64,000 nucleotides of DNA, from positions 25,888,150-25,952,149 of the forward strand of contig NC_134026.1 of NCBI RefSeq assembly GCF_964204645.1, in the 5' to 3' direction. This document shows positions 61,859-64,000 of this stretch, piece by piece. The DNA is from Tubulanus polymorphus. Taxonomy: Eukaryota > Animalia > Nemertea. Each line of letters begins with the position of its first letter. Positions within the stretch are counted from its first letter, which is position 1. A model generated the notes under the pieces. That model did no database searches and had not been told where the DNA came from. It worked only from the letters and a program-made list of their open reading frames with translations. The position numbers and the translations under genes were made by a program.

Positions 61859-62215
61859 GGTTAGCGGTAAAAATCCCCTGGGTGTAGTGGATCAGAAATC
61901 AACATGGCGGACTGTAGAGTCGTGTCATTGGCACGGGAGCTAAAAACTTCCTTTTGGGAACAAGAACATTTGGTTTTCCTAGGAATAACCGCATAAGGAA
62001 GAACCGTAACATCGGACTGTGCATTCTGGTGAGATTTTGTCGAAGTTTGAAGCTTTTAACTACTGAATTTGACAAGTTAAAGTTTCCATAGAACATAAGT
62101 GTGGACATTTTCGTATATAGAGTACAGGCTATTATAGCACACTCTGTATAGTACAGCCTGTTCACCGTTCCGCTTGAGTTATTTTCGGTCGTGAAAGGTT
62201 ATTGAGAACTGTAAA

Positions 62216-63430
62216 ATGGAGAAAAATTCAAAGCACTTAGCCAGTGGTTCGAATACCAATCGTAACCGTAATCGTAGTAAACATGATGATCGTAATACCA
62301 AAGACAAAGTCGATAAACAAACAGAACATGCTGGCAGTGGGAATACTAAACGAACTCTGTCCAAAGGCTCGGAATCCAGTACCCCTCCAACAAAAAGACC
62401 GGCTCATACACAATCGAAATCGCAACCAGCTAAAAGTTATGGAGAAACTGATCCAGATACAGATACCGAAAGCCGCGAATCTGCAGGAGAATCCGACAGC
62501 GAAACGGAGAAAGAACTTACTTTAGAGGACATTTTCCAAGAAATTAAGTCGATGCGGAAACATCTGGAACGAAAAATCGATGGTAAATTCAACTCAATTA
62601 AGAAAGACCTGGAACAATTCAGAAAAGATTTTGAAGCTAGTATGGATTTCAAGATTGAAGAAGCCAAAGACGAACTGCGAGTTGAGTTTACCACGAAGGT
62701 TAGCGACCTTGAAAATAAGCTTAAAACCAGTGGCCGCACCCAACCAAAGGATGACCGCATTGCAGCACTAGAAAATCGCATAATAGACCAGGAGGCTAGA
62801 TCACGGCGCGACAACCTTGTTTTCCTTGGTTTAGTTGAGTCGACTGATGAAAACATAGACAACGTTGTGAGGAAACAGTTAGTCGAAAATTTCGGAATCA
62901 ACAGTGATCGAGCGAGTGAAATTGTCTTCCAGCGGATCCATAGAAATCCAGGCAAAGACAAACCACGTTCCGTGACCGCGAAATTCAGAGATTATGTTGA
63001 CCGCGAATTAGTATATAAATCTCGATTTAACGCAAAAGATAACACTGTGAGAATCGTTGCGGATTATCCGATCGAAGTGCGGAATAGAAGAAAATTGTTA
63101 TTCGAAAAATTAAATTCATCGAAATCTACCAATCCATCCGTGGATGGTTTCGTCTCCTTCGATAAGCTGATTCTCGACGGGAAAATTTTCAAATGCATTA
63201 ATAACGAAGTAAAGTGCGTCGGGGAGGCAACATACCGGACACCTAGACCACGTACACAGCCGAAGAAATCACCCGAAGAGCTGAAGGCGGCCTCGAAACA
63301 GCCTGCAGTAGCTAACGCAACAAATATTCAGAGTGCGGAAGTGGAGACGATGGACGCGTCTGGAACAAGCGATACTCCAGTAAGTGACCTAATTGCAGCA
63401 TCGAGAGTTGTACTAGACGGTCCAGCGTAG
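62216..63430 (+). CDS. LINE ORF1 protein (L1-ORF1-like: disordered N-terminus, coiled coil, RRM, CTD), 404 aa
   Basis: Motifs LENRIIDQEARSRRDNLVFLGLVE, FQRIHR, PRSVTAKF, RIVADYPIEVRNRRKLL and FDKLILDGK. Confidence 0.9.
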   Translation: MEKNSKHLASGSNTNRNRNRSKHDDRNTKDKVDKQTEHAGSGNTKRTLSKGSESSTPPTKRPAHTQSKSQPAKSYGETDPDTDTESRESAGESDSETEKELTLEDIFQEIKSMRKHLERKIDGKFNSIKKDLEQFRKDFEASMDFKIEEAKDELRVEFTTKVSDLENKLKTSGRTQPKDDRIAALENRIIDQEARSRRDNLVFLGLVESTDENIDNVVRKQLVENFGINSDRASEIVFQRIHRNPGKDKPRSVTAKFRDYVDRELVYKSRFNAKDNTVRIVADYPIEVRNRRKLLFEKLNSSKSTNPSVDGFVSFDKLILDGKIFKCINNEVKCVGEATYRTPRPRTQPKKSPEELKAASKQPAVANATNIQSAEVETMDASGTSDTPVSDLIAASRVVLDGPA

Positions 63431-64000
63431 GGAAACGCGACAAACTCTCGCCGTCAATCATTAACTTTATGTTCTCTTAATGTATGCGGATTAGAAAATA
63501 AACTGGATATCCCTGAATTCCAAGACCATATCAAACAATTTGATATTATTGGGTTATGTGAAACAAAGCTAACTGACTTCCATACACTCAATATCCCGAA
63601 CTACCACTTCTTTGGTAACAATCGTAAAAAGTACAAAAGAGTGTCTGGTGGAATAGCCGTCCTTGTGCACGATTCGATCATCGAATGTGTTACGGTCTTA
63701 CCTATTAAATCAGAATACATACTATGGTTTAAAGTGTCAAAACAGCTTTTCCCTAACTCAACGAGTGACGTATGCGTCGGTATGTGCTACATCCCGCCCG
63801 AGGGCTCAAAATACCTAACCCCTGAATGCTGGACGGACATTGAACTCGAAATTATATCAATGCAATCTAATTATGAGTCAGTAATCCTAATGGGTGACTT
63901 CAACTCAAGAACTAGCAATTTTACCGACTTTGTTGAACCAGATGAGTTCCTGACGCAAAGACTCAATTTGAACAATACCAATTACTTGCCCGAAATTTTC
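63431..64000 (+). CDS. LINE ORF2, apurinic-like endonuclease domain (truncated by the window end; no start codon)
   Basis: The frame directly after the ORF1 TAG reads LCSLNVCGL, DIIGLCETK, SGGIAVLV, CYIPPEGS, VILMGDFNSRT, with no stop through nt 64000. Confidence 0.9.

Larger units (their letters stand above)
61880..64000 (+). mobile_element. Non-LTR retrotransposon (two-ORF, APE-type LINE; clade uncertain, e.g. RTE-X or L2/CR1 group), 5' portion
   Basis: 5' UTR with an AACATGGCGG YY1-like motif at 61901-61910, an intact ORF1, and an endonuclease frame open to the window edge. The exact 5' end is approximate. Confidence 0.9.

Noticed and set aside
62437-62961. 174-aa minus-strand ORF, and other antisense or alternate-frame ORFs such as 5339..5740, 31560..31958 and 43620..44078
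   Set aside because: They are shadows of real coding sequence or of coding repeats and show no independent protein features.

Overview
AT-rich, intron-containing DNA from a non-vertebrate animal; the presence of NK7 plus an MMP21-like gene and short 70-110 nt introns would fit a spiralian or similar invertebrate, but the taxon is not determinable here. Left half: the last exon of an MMP21-like metalloproteinase (+) converges on a 3-exon NK7 homeobox gene (-), which has an 8.5 kb first intron and about 10 kb of gene-free upstream DNA. Two small paralogous C2H2 zinc finger/coiled-coil genes follow (-). Right half, and the main finding: a tandem cluster of at least three, probably four, paralogous genes (C 29.5-33.9 kb -, D 37.2-44.0 kb -, E 48.1-58.5 kb +, F starting at 60.3 kb +). 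They encode large filament-like proteins with a Ser/Thr/Gly/Tyr-rich head, a rod built from many symmetric phase-0 exons (mostly one ~37-aa module IAFLEKEIxRIRNIPPRVEIKTEYVEVEKRMQTDIDR per 111-nt exon), and a low-complexity tail. I do not recognise the family. Mobile DNA includes a 5'-truncated L2-type LINE inserted exactly at a splice donor, a Penelope-like hammerhead remnant, small palindromic insertions, a MITE, and the 5' part of an apparently intact LINE whose ORF2 follows ORF1 in frame after a single TAG with no initiating AUG. All gene models were spliced by hand from GT-AG signals and reading frame; none is supported by transcript data.
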